From the NCBI GenBank assembly GCA_963783645.1, contig CAWAOH010000016.1, positions 141,719 to 205,718 on the forward strand: 64,000 nt of DNA, written 5' to 3'. This document shows, in pieces, positions 40,969 through 52,453 of this stretch. How positions within the stretch are numbered: position 1 is the first letter of the stretch; every line of letters begins with the position of its first letter. The notes beneath the pieces were generated by a model. The model ran no database searches and was not told the DNA's origin. It saw only the letters and a list, made by a program, of their open reading frames with translations. This stretch comes from Candidatus Bathyarchaeota archaeon (GTDB lineage Archaea > Thermoproteota > Bathyarchaeia > 40CM-2-53-6). Made by a program: the position numbers and the translations under genes.

Positions 40969-41076
40969 TTTGCGACTCCATCCACTTAGCCTGGCTGAGC
41001 AGCGGAGTGATGATGAATTCAAGAATTCTTGTGTGTGTGCGTACTATCAGACCATTCCCACAGAAATTAGGACACG

Positions 41077-41697
41077 TCAAAGTTTTTTGGCAACCACTGA
41101 CAGCACATGCCAATGCTTTCTCTTTCCACTTGTCGTTGTTCCGTCCCATTCTTTCTCGAGAAATAGTTCTTTCTTGAATCTCCGGAATGAGTTTTCAACC
41201 TGTTTGAGGGTGAGGAAGGTCATCTCCTCATCAGTCGCCCATTCGTCGTGAACTCCAAAGAAATGTCCCGCAAACCGCCCTCTTGAACGAATTGAAGCTA
41301 CGATCTTCTGCCATAGGGAATTGAAATGTTTGACAGAGCAAAACGGTAGACTCCAACTAGCGTTCACAAGGTCGCATCTGGGCAACCTGATTTCATCAAA
41401 CGGAATCACGTTGGTTGTCAATTTTGAGGAATACTTAGGAGACGCAGTTGAGCGGACCCGTTTAATGGCCTGAGGCTCACTGTCCACTGCCAGCACCTTC
41501 CAGTCGCGCTTCAACAACTCAAAGGTATCTCGACCAGCTCCACAACCTAAGTCAACAGCAAAGCGCTGTTTTTTTCGGATCGTCTCAGCCTCGAACAACC
41601 AAAGCGCAAGGCTCAGCGTGGCCGCTGGTGGACTTCTTGCGGTTTCCCTATAGTATTCGATCCAACGCGAACCTAGTTTCGTTCGTCTCGTTGGCAT
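41077..41697 (-). CDS. Class I SAM-dependent methyltransferase
   Basis: AVDLGCGAGRD, VLAVD. Confidence 0.88.
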   Translation of the reverse strand: MPTRRTKLGSRWIEYYRETARSPPAATLSLALWLFEAETIRKKQRFAVDLGCGAGRDTFELLKRDWKVLAVDSEPQAIKRVRSTASPKYSSKLTTNVIPFDEIRLPRCDLVNASWSLPFCSVKHFNSLWQKIVASIRSRGRFAGHFFGVHDEWATDEEMTFLTLKQVENSFRRFKKELFLEKEWDGTTTSGKRKHWHVLSVVAKKL

Positions 41698-41756
41698 GCA
41701 TATTCTCTACTGTGCCTCGTTGATAGAGCTGTTGGCGCAGCGGTATTTCATGTGAT

Positions 41757-41845
41757 GCGGGCCCGTGAATTAGCGGTTTCATGCGTGTGTGGGTCTAGTG
41801 GTGCGCACACACTAAACGACGGTTCAAATTCCACTGCTCGCACCA
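41757..41845 (+). other. Degenerate tRNA-like sequence (tRNA 3'-end remnant)
   Basis: GCGGGC pairs with GCTCGC followed by A-CCA; T-loop GGTTCAAAT. T-stem is mismatched and no clean D or anticodon arm is seen. Confidence 0.45.
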
Positions 41846-41914
41846 GCTATACCACACACACGAGGGAGTAGTAATTTTGATTTCTCAAAGTTTCAAGCGG
41901 TCAGGCGTAGCGAA

Positions 41915-42466
41915 TTGTTGAAGGTGCGATTGAAACCTCGAGACCTCACCGCCTCTGCGGTTTTCGCCGTCCTGACTTCAGTTGGCGGCTGGATTTTGAT
42001 ACCGTTACCGATAACTCCCGTTCCGTTTACCTTGCAGGTGTTTTTCGTTTTGTTATCCGGCGCTGTTCTGGGAGGAAGACTTGGAGCGTTGGCCCAGGTG
42101 ATATATTTGATGCTCGGATTGGTTGGGTTGCCGGTTTTCGCTGGCGGTGAATCTGGTCCCGGCGTATTGGTTGGACCCACGGGAGGATACTTGTTCGGGT
42201 TCGTCGCCGCAGCCTACGTGACGGGAAAGATAACTCAAACGGAGCGTTCTACACGTCTCGTATGGATGCTCTTTGCAACTCTCTCCGGCTTGTTTCCGAT
42301 TTATCTGCTTGGGGAAATCGGATTGTGGATGTGGCTCAGAAGCAGCAGTCTCCCAGTCCTGTTGATGGCTGGAGTAATTCCTTTCCTACCAGGCGACATA
42401 ATCAAGGCGATCGTTGCAGCGTACATCGCCAGTCGAAAGCAACTCAAACAACTCCTCCAACATTGA
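41915..42466 (+). CDS. bioY: Biotin transporter S component
   Basis: PVPFTLQ, GLVGLPVFAGG, GPTGGYLFGF, PFLPGDIIK. Confidence 0.93.
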   Translation: MLKVRLKPRDLTASAVFAVLTSVGGWILIPLPITPVPFTLQVFFVLLSGAVLGGRLGALAQVIYLMLGLVGLPVFAGGESGPGVLVGPTGGYLFGFVAAAYVTGKITQTERSTRLVWMLFATLSGLFPIYLLGEIGLWMWLRSSSLPVLLMAGVIPFLPGDIIKAIVAAYIASRKQLKQLLQH

Positions 42467-42695
42467 TAGTTCAGCTACCACTCTGAGAGATCAGAACAAC
42501 CGTTGTGGCGCTATACATGTGCGAGATTGTTTCTTGACTGAGGCATCCAGGATTCTACGAAGTAGCGTCTAACGATTTCTGTGGCGGCGAGTGCCAGGTT
42601 TAGAGGTTCTGAGGAGCGACGATTACCAAGTCTGTAGCACAACAAGAAAGCGTTCGACTCTTTTCTCTACAGCTATCGATGCTTCATTGTTAGTT

Positions 42696-43981
42696 TCATC
42701 TGTGACGCCCGCGTTTTCTTACGAGTGCCACAGTGATCGCGGCGACTCCAATAGTTCCAATTACGAGGGGAATCGTGTAATCGTCCCTCCACACTGCAGT
42801 CGCTTGGCCGGGGGTATTCATGGTTAGTGTGCAGTCAGGTTGCGCACCAGTGCAAGACCCCGCCCAGCGATCAAACACGCGACGAACCCCCAAGAAGCTC
42901 AGTAGCCCCTCCGAGAAGACTGCTGTTGGTTGCACGTTTGCGTGCGCTACTTCACCCGCGAAGTACCATCCGGATCCGTTCGTTGCTGCGTAAGGTGAGT
43001 TCACGATGAGACGGTACTGTTTCTGGTAGTTCGCAGTTTAAGGTCAAATCGTTGCCGAGGTTGATTATTCGGCTTGTAGTGTTCACGTTATCGTTCCAAC
43101 CCACAAAGAGTTCCCTCTCACCTTCCTGTCCGGGTATTTGGTCTGGGACAGCAATCTGATGTGGCCCCCAGGGAAGCAGCATTTGCACCGTTCCATTCCG
43201 ATCGGTTCGGGCTGGTGTGCCGTCAACGGTCAATTGGAAGTTTGGGAATGGGGTTATGAGAGTTAACGTGGGCTCTTTGAAGTAGAGGTCTAGTTCCGGT
43301 GATGTGGAAGTATTCTTCTCCATCGAATTGAACCATACATCGTTCATCCATGACGTGAAACCAGGCATTAATGCAAAGGAGCTGGCTGTGCCGGTTTGAA
43401 GATCGTCCCCAACATCAGCCGTAACATCCCATTGATACCATGCGTCGATCGCGCGAATCTGGTTCCCCACGTAATGCGTCATGTCAACGTGGGGCATATT
43501 ATTCCAGGTTAGCGTGCTCTCATTCCAGTCGTTACTGTCTACGTGATAGACGCGAACGCTAGCATTGTAGAATGTGGTTGTGAGATCAGCGTACAACCAG
43601 AGCGACGCATTCAGGACGCGCATGCGAAGAGATGAGCATGCTGGGGAGCACGCCTGAATACTCAAACTTCAGGAACACGTAATCCTTCCCAACTGGAATG
43701 GTGGGCATATCCTGCACTATGAGGATTAACGGAATGCTTCCCTTCATCGTTATCGTTGGAAACAGGTTGTCCGCGAACGTGTCATCACTCGGTCGGAGGC
43801 CGCACCTGAACAGTCCCGTCTGCGATTGGCATGTTCCCCAACTTGTGTTGTTCTGGGCTGAGCCTTCTCTCACCTGCCGAGAAACAGCGTCGGTAATAGG
43901 GCCAGCGATCGCATGAACAGTAGGCGCACTGCACATTACAACGAGCACTAGGGCGGCAGCGACGAGAAACCTCAATCTCAT
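42696..43981 (-). CDS. Secreted DNRLRE/CBM96-like domain protein with C-terminal TM; two frameshifts
   Basis: Signal peptide; YVFLKF, NASLWLY, WNESTLTWNN.P, WDVT, SME..PEL; C-terminal TM plus basic tail, over three ORFs. Confidence 0.7.
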
Positions 43982-44476
43982 TAGTGCTACCGAATGTCAG
44001 GCTGACTCGTCTCGGATAAAACTGTTAGCGTAACATACGTTCTACGCTATTGCACTCGCTACTTCTGACTTTGACTTTCATAATCGTACAAATACCCTTC
44101 CTACATACTTACGCAAAACATCCGTTGCGTGTGGACAGATTGCAATGTGACAACTGGTAACTTCCTTTTTTTCTGCGAGAATCCATTAGGGCAACGGCAC
44201 GTTTCAATGAAGCGAATAAACAGTCTCCTATTCTCCTTCGCCATAGTTTACTCAGTGCTCTTCGTGCTCTCAGTTCTCTTCATAGTGCCACGGTATCTTT
44301 CGGGGGACTGGCGGTTTCCTTCTCGCACTACTCACGGAAACGGAACCTGAGGGCAGACTCGTAACCTCCTTCTATTCTCCGCTCATCTGGATGCTCGCCC
44401 CTCTCACCTCAATCGGCCTTTGCGTTATGTCCTGGGTATCTTACAGTGCGCTCCGAAGTCGACTGAGGTTAAGAAG

Positions 44477-45255
44477 CTGGGTCGGCTTGGAGGTGTCTTG
44501 TTCTTCGTTGCAAGCATCCTTCCCGCAGTCTTAGTTGTGAGGGAACTACTAGTCTTCAGTCAGCTAGGCGCGGTCTTACCTGGCGTTGTAGGCGTTCTGA
44601 ACGGTTTCGTTCTCGTTCTAAAAGACCTCGTCAATCCTACGTTACTGTTGGGGCATGGAGGAGCTTGGGTTGTGCCCGTCATCATCTTCGTGGAAACAGG
44701 CCTCTTCTTCGGTTTCTTTCTTCCAGGCGATTCACTTCTCTTGACGGTTGGAGTTCTAGGGGCTGTTGGATTCGTGGATTTGACGTCGCTGATCCCAACC
44801 TCAATTATTGGAGCCATCTTGGGCGATCAGTTGGGTTATGCGATTGGTCGACGGTCGGGTGACGCCCTGGCCAGTCGATATCGGTTCGTGCGCGAAAATG
44901 TGAAACGAGCAGGCGAGTTCTATGACAAGCATGGAGGTAAAGCAGTAATGTTGGCCCGGTTTGTGCCCGTGGTGCGAACCTTCGCACCCATGGTTGCTGG
45001 GGCGGCACGAATAGTTACTCCCGGTTCACCCTCTCCAACATCGCGGGCGGAGCATTATGGGTGATAAGCGTCACACTTGCGGGCTACTTTGTGGGGCGTC
45101 AGGTCCCCGTTCTGGCTGATTACCTGGATCGCATAATCCTAGTCGTCATCATCTCATCGCCCCTAGTATGGATGCTAGCGTGGATGTGGGGGCGAACCAG
45201 GAAGGGTAATGCACCCGCCCAGACTGGGGCAAACAGGAGCATCAGGCTTCAGTAG
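44477..45255 (+). CDS. DedA/VTT family membrane protein; frameshift near 45013
   Basis: ETGLFFGFFLPGDSLL, GDQLGY, ARFVPVVRTFAPMVAG. Confidence 0.88.
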
Positions 45256-45407
45256 AGTGACCTGTTGCATTTCACGCACCATTGCGCACTAGGAGAATTC
45301 ATGACGCTGCAATTCTTGCACTCCTTCTCTCCCCGTCCTGGAATGATTGTGCAATACGGGCATGGGGTTTGCTCCGAGTATTTTCCGCATTTATTGCAGA
45401 ACGGCAT
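45249..45407 (-). CDS. 52-aa double Zn-ribbon protein
   Basis: Four CxxC pairs: CNKC, CPYC, CKNC, CVKC. Confidence 0.65.
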   Translation of the reverse strand: MPFCNKCGKYSEQTPCPYCTIIPGRGEKECKNCSVMNSPSAQWCVKCNRSLY

Positions 45408-45426
45408 ACTTCCGCCAACTCTGTTG

Positions 45427-45825
45427 CTACGCTTGCGCTCGTCGGCAGGATGGACAGAATAGCGTAGCCAGCTCCATCGGAGCATTGCAGAATTTGCATT
45501 TGGAGCCTGAACCTGAGCTACTAGCGGTCACTACTGCTCGTTCAGGCACCTTCTGTATTACTATGGTCGGGGGCGGTGGTGGAGGGAGCGGGGGTGGCTT
45601 GGCTGGTGAGATGCACAGGATGAATCCGGTTACGCACACCAAGCCGCCCAGAAGCTGAAGGATCTCAGCTCGCAGTGTAGTACCCAAATCCAACGGAATG
45701 AGTTGACTCGTAACGACATCAAAGAACATGCTCTGCGTAGCAGTAATCATGAATCCTAAGAAGAACAGGATGAATCCGGCGTAGAGCAGTACAGCTCCGG
45801 CAATGAATTTCCTGAAGGTTGCCAT
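45427..45825 (-). CDS. 2-TM protein with polyproline linker and Zn ribbon
   Basis: PPPLPPPPPP, CKFC..CPSC. Confidence 0.75.
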   Translation of the reverse strand: MATFRKFIAGAVLLYAGFILFFLGFMITATQSMFFDVVTSQLIPLDLGTTLRAEILQLLGGLVCVTGFILCISPAKPPPLPPPPPPTIVIQKVPERAVVTASSSGSGSKCKFCNAPMELATLFCPSCRRAQA

Positions 45826-46125
45826 TCACACACCCGTCAGCTTCACTGTTCTTTCAGCGATTTCCTTCGCAAGTTCTTCTTTCGTCTTCCCCTCAGTCGT
45901 TATGCCGAGCGATTTCGCGGCCACAATAATGGGCTCTTGAGTAACGCTCTCAGTGGTTTTAGCGGGCGTGATCGCTCCGGTTGAGAACTCCCTGGTTGCC
46001 TTTTCGAATTCACGTTTCGCTTGACCGATCGACCTCGCGATCTCAGGGAGTTTATTCGGACCATAAAGGAAGAGCACTATGAGTATGATGGCTATGAACA
46101 GGCCTTCATATCCTACTATTGCCAA
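45826..46125 (-). CDS. tatA: Twin-arginine translocase subunit TatA
   Basis: TM then YGPNKLPEIARSIGQAKREFEKA; LGITTEGKT archaeal tail. Confidence 0.9.
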   Translation of the reverse strand: MAIVGYEGLFIAIILIVLFLYGPNKLPEIARSIGQAKREFEKATREFSTGAITPAKTTESVTQEPIIVAAKSLGITTEGKTKEELAKEIAERTVKLTGV

Positions 46126-46556
46126 ATCCGTTCAAGGTAGGGGCAGCGCCGAGTTTCCTATAAGAGCAGCGTTTGAAAACGAGGAAAGAATGTGCTGATT
46201 CCAAGATACAAGACAGACGGCATTGTAGTCAAAACCAAGACACCACGGATTCTGGGTTGCGTAAGAAGCTTAACTATCGATAGAGATCCACATCTGAAAG
46301 GCCTCGAAGGAACACGATTCATCGAGTAAACAATCTCGCCTTATAACGAATAAGGAACCTCGTCGCTGAGCACCATCCTCTGACCCCTTCCGAGAATGAA
46401 ACACTCCGCATGGACATTCATCATTTGAACTGTAGCAATCTTTTGCATTAACGTATACGATCGACACCGTCCCGTATAGACATCATGTCAAGATCACCTA
46501 TCGGTATCCCCGTGTAACAGACTGTGAATCGCCTCAAGTAACTTGGCGAGGAAGAA

Positions 46557-46832
46557 GTGCTAAAGCAGCGTAGAACTCTAGTCTTGGTAACAATAGTGCT
46601 GATATTTCTAGTTCAAATCAGACTGGGGTATAGTACCGTGCCGCTCCCCCCGATACCGCCAGGCTTCGTTGAAGTTACAGGACCACATGGCATAACTGTT
46701 CTAATCGGACCCTTAAGTCGATCTTCAACTGGAGTTTACCAGAGGGAGGTAATCCTTCCCGGTCAGCCACCCTTCATGGTCAGCACTGAACCTGGAGTAA
46801 CACCACAGGAAATCGCTAACACCTACGGCTAA
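46557..46832 (+). CDS. Small secreted hypothetical protein or fragment
   Basis: Signal-peptide-like N-terminus. Confidence 0.45.
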   Translation: MLKQRRTLVLVTIVLIFLVQIRLGYSTVPLPPIPPGFVEVTGPHGITVLIGPLSRSSTGVYQREVILPGQPPFMVSTEPGVTPQEIANTYG

Positions 46833-46888
46833 CCTTACAGACCTCAAAGAAGGTTCTCCTTGCAGCGGTGCGAAAGCCGCCTTAGGAA

Positions 46889-47083
46889 TTATTTGAGAGC
46901 AGCTCCACATTTTGGGCAGAATTTCACAGTGCGCAGGGCGAAGACGCTTCCCAGAGCATCCACCTCAACCCTGTCTGCATGTCGAGATGCTTCAGCAACA
47001 ATCAATTTCCTTACCTCACCCTCATATCCTGACGGGCCATGGGCCTCAGACAATTTGGCTAGTAGTTCGGTCACGTCATACAA
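46889..47083 (-). pseudogene. M42 aminopeptidase N-terminus fused to a Zn-ribbon tail
   Basis: LSEAHGPSGYEGEVR..VDALGSV followed abruptly by KFCPKCGAALK. Confidence 0.75.
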
Positions 47084-47249
47084 TCTGATACATGACTCCT
47101 AATGCCTTGGAAGATTAGCTACTCATTGAACGATATGAGGGTTTATTGCGTTGTCAATCTGCCGGTGGATACTTCAACTCAGCAAACATAAAGTCCGAAC
47201 GACCTTATTCTCAGCAGAGTTTAAACTCTCCTCCCTGATTCGGATGGGC

Positions 47250-48442
47250 ATGCCATATCTTGTCTTGCGAGGATCAGTTTTCACTGGTGTGGAGTTCATC
47301 GAAGCTGGATGCGTTGTTGTAGACCAATCAACTGGTTCCATCGTCGAGGTGGGACGGAAAGGAGAGGTAAATGAACCGAAGTATAGCCCGCGTGATTGAT
47401 GTTCATGGTTCGACAATTCTCCCTGGCCTTATGGACACGCATATACATTTCTTCGGCTCAAAGAAGTACGATATGGCTGAGTGGGTTACTACGCCAGAGA
47501 CGCTCGTTGCGTTAAGGTCCGTGGCCGACACGCCGGCTACTGAGGGCCGGATTCACCACCGTGCGAGACCTCGGGAGCAAAGCTGGGACTTACCTAAGAC
47601 AGGCGGTTGAAGAAGGAATGTTCGAAGGGCCTCGAATAGTATCAGCGGCCAAGTCGCTGTCCCAGACGGGCGGAGATGACGATTTGACTATTCTTCCACT
47701 CGATATATCCGAACGCTTGTCTTACTCCTACTATTGTGACGGACCATGGGAATGTCGCAAGGCGGTTAGGAAAGTTGTTCGAGACGGTGGAGACCTCGTT
47801 AAGGTGTATGCTTCAGGCAGTATGTCTCAAGGAACTAAAGTACGCAGACAGTTCACGCTGGAGGAGCTCAAAGCGATCGTGGACGAAGCGCACTCTGTCG
47901 GATTGAAGGTTGCAGCCCACGCTTACGGGGAAGAGGCCTTGACGAATTCAGTTAAAGCAGGTGTTGACTCAATCGAACACGGTATTGGACTCACGCCGGA
48001 AATAGCGAAAGAGATGGAGAGGAAGGGGGTCTTCTATATTCCCACCCTCAGCGCTTACCTGGCTACGGCACCCACGAGAAACGAAGAACATCTCAGACTT
48101 GTCAAGAGGCACCTCACCGAGGATATGGAGTTGGCAAAACAGTTCCACCTTAAGGTTGTAGTCGGCTCAGATTTTGTTGGGTGCGACACCGAACCTCACG
48201 GGGAGAATTACAGGGAGATTGTTAACGTGGCGAAGTATTTTGGAAATAAGGAAGCTCTTGTTGCTGCAACGTCGAGAGCTGCAGAGTGTCTAGGGCTAGA
48301 AAAATCTGGATGGGTAAAGGTGGGATATGACGGGGATCTTGTTATTGCAAGAGGAAATCCGATGGAGGACGTAGAGAATCTCTCACCAAACAACATACTC
48401 TACGTAATACGGAGGGGTCAACTACACGCCATCAACGGCTGA
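47250..48442 (+). CDS. Metal-dependent amidohydrolase (Xaa-Pro dipeptidase-like); two frameshifts
   Basis: ILPGLMDTHIH, GFTTVRDLG, VKVYASG, AAHAYG, SIEHG, GSD, across three ORFs. Confidence 0.88.
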
Positions 48443-48513
48443 TGTCGTTCAATTGACACCAATTCTTTCAGCAGTTAGTGTAACATGGTTTCTATTGAAT
48501 TCCTTACGGATTA

Positions 48514-49737
48514 CTAGTGTTTCGGTTTCAAAGCGTTAACGAGCGATTCGAGGGTTGGATCTATTTCGATCGGATTTCGGATCATTTGAAGATACTCTCT
48601 GCTGCTCTTTAGCCCCGTCCCTGTAAGCTCGCACACAACTGTATCTCCCCTGTCGATAACTCCCGTTTTCACAAGTTTTATGGCGCCAGCAACTGAGGGG
48701 GCCGCGGAGATCTCAACATACATCCCCTCTTTAGCGGCGAGTGTTTTTGCGCATTCACAGATCTCATCTTCGTTTACAGTCTCGGCTAAGCCGCCGGTTT
48801 TTCGAAGTGCCTCTAGCACGAGACTTCCTTTCGGGGGTGCTCCGACTGCGATTCCCTCTGCCATGGTTTTTGGTGATCGAACTGGGATTATGTCGTTTGC
48901 ACCTGCTCTGAAGCCGTTATAGATAGGCGCACAACCTTCAGCTTGTATGCAGACAAGTCTAGGGATTTGGTCTATCCACCCGATTCTTTGCAGCTCTTGC
49001 AGTCCTTTCGCGCATCCTACAATTCCGCTTCCTGTTCCCACCGGGAAGATTATCCAATCTGGAGGTTCCCATTTCATTTGTTCACAGATCTCGTATGCGA
49101 TTGTCTTAGTCCCCTCAATTGCGTAGGGACTAACCATGAAGCCGCAATAGTACCACCCATATTTCCTATACGCCGCCTCGATGACATCGTGAGCATCCTG
49201 ACGCAGTACCTTTCACTTTGACGACGGTCGCTCCATTAGCAGACATTTGAGCGATTTTTTCAGGTTCGGTTGTTGACGGGACGAACACATAAGCATGGAA
49301 TGCGCACTTTTGCCGCATATGCAGATAACGATGCGGCAGCGTTTCCAGTCGAATCTATGGCAACTGCATCAACTTGTAGTTCATTTGCTTTTGAGACGGC
49401 GACGGTTGATCCTCTGTCTTTGAATGAGCTGGTGGGAGCAACGTAATCAAGCTTAGCGATTAGTTTGGGACCGTCTACGAGTCTAGTAGTTTCGATAAGA
49501 GGGGTATACCCTTCTCCGAAGGTAATCTTGAACTCGCCGAACAGGCAGCGCTTTTTCATATCTCCATAATCCCTGTGCCTGTGTCCCCTGCAATTCACTT
49601 TTTTGGAACTTCTCCTGCATTAAGTCAAAATCATATTCGACTTCGAAAAGTCCGTGACACTTCGGACAAACAGAGAACCTCTCACCAGTCGAGTAAGTCG
49701 CGCCACATTTGATGCATCTCAATCCGGTTGCATACAC
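48514..49737 (-). CDS. thrC: Threonine synthase; several frameshifts
   Basis: CIKC..CPKC, GEGYTPL, PTSSFKDRG, STGNAAAS, EGTKTIAYE, PVGTG, LTGTGLK. Confidence 0.85.
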
Positions 49738-49847
49738 TTCTATCTTCTCCCCCAAACACTTTCTTGAGTTTTCACGTAATAGCATCATAACTGTTGCATA
49801 CATGTTATGCTACTTGCAGAGAGCATGAGGCACCTCGGCGAGTACCT

Positions 49848-50250
49848 CTATTCTGGCGTTACTCTCCAGTTAGGTGCTGAGAATGATGTCATCAATGTCC
49901 ACGGATACGGTATGACGTCCTTGAGGCGGGGCCTTTGCCAATCGTATTCCGGATGCTTCCGGAGTAAAGTCTCTGCTTCAAACGGCATGTCGCAAGGTCT
50001 CCCCCAATGTGCCCAGAACTTTCCTTTTTCGGCTAGCTTACTATCTGTGATTTTTCCATCAAAGCACCCTCCCGGATAATATGGGCCATACTCCATTCAG
50101 GAAGCCCTCTTTCGTCTGATTCTATATGTCCGCAGATGCTGTTGCGACTTGGCATGTTAGTATTAGTGTAGACTGTCTCGATGGTCTGCAAGCAGAACCT
50201 CGCTGACCTCAGCGTCTGAGGATTGCCGTTCAAATAGTTTGAATAGGAGT
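49848..50250 (-). pseudogene. C-terminal fragment of a C45/phospholipase-B-like Ntn hydrolase
   Basis: LADH..SICGH..DERGLPEW / PYYPGGCFDGKITDS..WGRPC, spread over several frames. Confidence 0.55.
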
Positions 50251-50374
50251 ACGCATATAACAAGAAACGCCTTCGAGTGACCGAAAGTTCTCCCTCCAGA
50301 GAAAGCTCAACCCAGACGCCTTCCTCAACTCTTTTCCCTTTAGACCGCACATCTATATTAGAGAAATCCGGCTA

Positions 50375-50785
50375 CTAGTCGGGCTTACACGTTTGCGTCA
50401 GCGTTTCTTCCATCTTCTTGAGGGTTGTGGCGATTTCCTCTAACTGTTGTGTGCTCACTATCGAATCCATCACGAGCACAACCATGTGGCTGCGCAACTG
50501 GTAGATGACTACGAGAGCCTTCTCGAATCGTCCAACCGTATAATCAAGCCGTCCACAAGACGGTTCCAAAATGTGGCCGAATGCACCGAGTACAAGGAGG
50601 GGTCCGATAGCGACGAAGTCGGTCAGCGTCTCTGGCGATAAAGGGAGACTAAATGTGCCTTTTCCTTTGCACTCAATTACAGTGTTACTAGAATCCAATA
50701 TCGCTACGTACCGGATTGCTTGATTTAATTGTAGGATTGAGTCAGCTAGAGACTTAATATCGCGTTGTCCTTTGCAGTTAACCAT
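50375..50785 (-). CDS. Stand-alone roadblock/profilin-like domain protein
   Basis: LADSILQLNQAIRYVAILD..CGRLDYTVGRFEKALVVIYQL. Confidence 0.65.
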   Translation of the reverse strand: MVNCKGQRDIKSLADSILQLNQAIRYVAILDSSNTVIECKGKGTFSLPLSPETLTDFVAIGPLLVLGAFGHILEPSCGRLDYTVGRFEKALVVIYQLRSHMVVLVMDSIVSTQQLEEIATTLKKMEETLTQTCKPD

Positions 50786-51235
50786 TTACTTCAACCTACC
50801 CCTTATTGCGTCTCCTTTGGTTCTTGAAACGTGATCGCGAAGATGCAGCTTTGACTTCCCATTGATGAACATTGGGTTTCCGAGTAGGCATTCTATTCAG
50901 CCTTCCTACCTAAATATGCTTCCAAGTATCCAGCAACTATTCCACGCATCAAGTGACATACGGGTTCAAATGACGTTCGTTCATACACGAAGGGTGATCC
51001 TGAGATGCTGGTAGAGTAGATGGCTTTTCCAGCGTTTCAATCATTCTTCTGAATTGGTGGCATCTGCCCCATCCAAACGTTCCAAGAATCTCGTCAAGAA
51101 CAATACCAAGATCCTCGTCAGACTTGATTAGGTCCGAGAATGCTCGAAAGTAAGGTTTGTACCTGCATTGGTTCAGGTGCTACGTTGAGTAGCCATTAGT
51201 TGGCTGCCGCCCCATGTATTGGTTGTCGGCTCAGT

Positions 51236-51643
51236 TCAAATGATGCGTTGCTTTGACGTCGCCAAGAACGAGTTGGAGAGTATAGTGTTGTATAGAATCG
51301 TATCCACCGTATAGATCGTTTCCGTGTTTCTTTCCAAGATCATATCCAGGTGTTCACCGAATTTGTCTTTGCGATCGGTCATAAACGATCGCCCCTTCTT
51401 CCTAGCCTTCACCCACGCCTCAACCTCATCTTCCGACATCCCTAATGATCTGAGGTGTCGAGTCGGGTCCCATTTCTGAATGGGTTTCTCAACGGGCTTT
51501 TCGTTTGAGACGGTCGCTCCCAACCGTTCCTTTATGGCTTTGGCTGATGTTTCAACGTCGGTTTCAGTCAATCCCATAGATTTGAGGTATCGGTTCAGAT
51601 CCCATTGTTCGCCGGGTTTCTCGTTTGGCATATTTATTCCCAT
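51236..51643 (-). CDS. Hypothetical protein with internal duplication; may continue downstream via frameshift
   Basis: Two copies of NEKP..WD..R.L.S.G..E..VE. Confidence 0.55.
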   Translation of the reverse strand: MGINMPNEKPGEQWDLNRYLKSMGLTETDVETSAKAIKERLGATVSNEKPVEKPIQKWDPTRHLRSLGMSEDEVEAWVKARKKGRSFMTDRKDKFGEHLDMILERNTETIYTVDTILYNTILSNSFLATSKQRII

Positions 51644-51809
51644 GACTTACGAAGTCGCGAGATCCTGAGTATAGTAGCGGATGTGGGTACTCTTAAGTCA
51701 CGCTCTTCGAGATTGCGTCATGAAGGCGCATTCTTGCTTATCTTCTGTCTGGAACTGCCGTAGTCTCTGTCTGGTGACACGGGGCAGAAATAGGTCCGCT
51801 AGTTAAGTT

Positions 51810-52226
51810 ATGGAACAGGCGGCCATGTCAACGGTTAAGTCAGTTAACGAAAAGGATCCGTATGATGTTCTAACGTCAATTGGCTTAACGGGCGGTGAAA
51901 GCCGAGAACTCATGAAACGAATCGAAGCCGAGCGAAGAAACCAAACGCGCAGACTCTTCGTCAGTACTAAGAAATCATCGACGTGGCTTCGGCGCATGGT
52001 CGTTGTGTTTTGGGTTTATAGTCTCGTCGTGTGGCTTTACGTGATCGCTATGCAGCTCCGTTATCCCGAATCACCCTATTGGGCCTTTGCACAATGGGTG
52101 CCCGTACGAATGGATTACATTGGCGAACTAGCGTTCTTCTTCTCATTCATTTTAGGCATATTCGCAATTACTATGACGACACGTCAAGCCCGGGATATCC
52201 AAAAATTACAGGAACTCATGAAATGA
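51810..52226 (+). CDS. 2-TM membrane protein
   Basis: Two hydrophobic helices flanking YWAFAQWVPVRMDYIGE. Confidence 0.7.
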   Translation: MEQAAMSTVKSVNEKDPYDVLTSIGLTGGESRELMKRIEAERRNQTRRLFVSTKKSSTWLRRMVVVFWVYSLVVWLYVIAMQLRYPESPYWAFAQWVPVRMDYIGELAFFFSFILGIFAITMTTRQARDIQKLQELMK

Positions 52227-52453
52227 TCTGGGCGTCAAAGCCTGAGATTACGCTAATTGTTTCCAGATGGATGGGCGTGCAAGGTTAACTATCAGATGAT
52301 GATTTCGGGGAGGCCCCGACTGATCACGACTTCTCCATCGAACTCGGCATGGATGCAGCATAAGGCTACTAGATGTGGATGGCGGCTTGTCCCGATTTTC
52401 TTTTTTGATTTTTGAGAATGTCAAAGTTCGATGTGCGGGGTGGCGGTTAGCGG

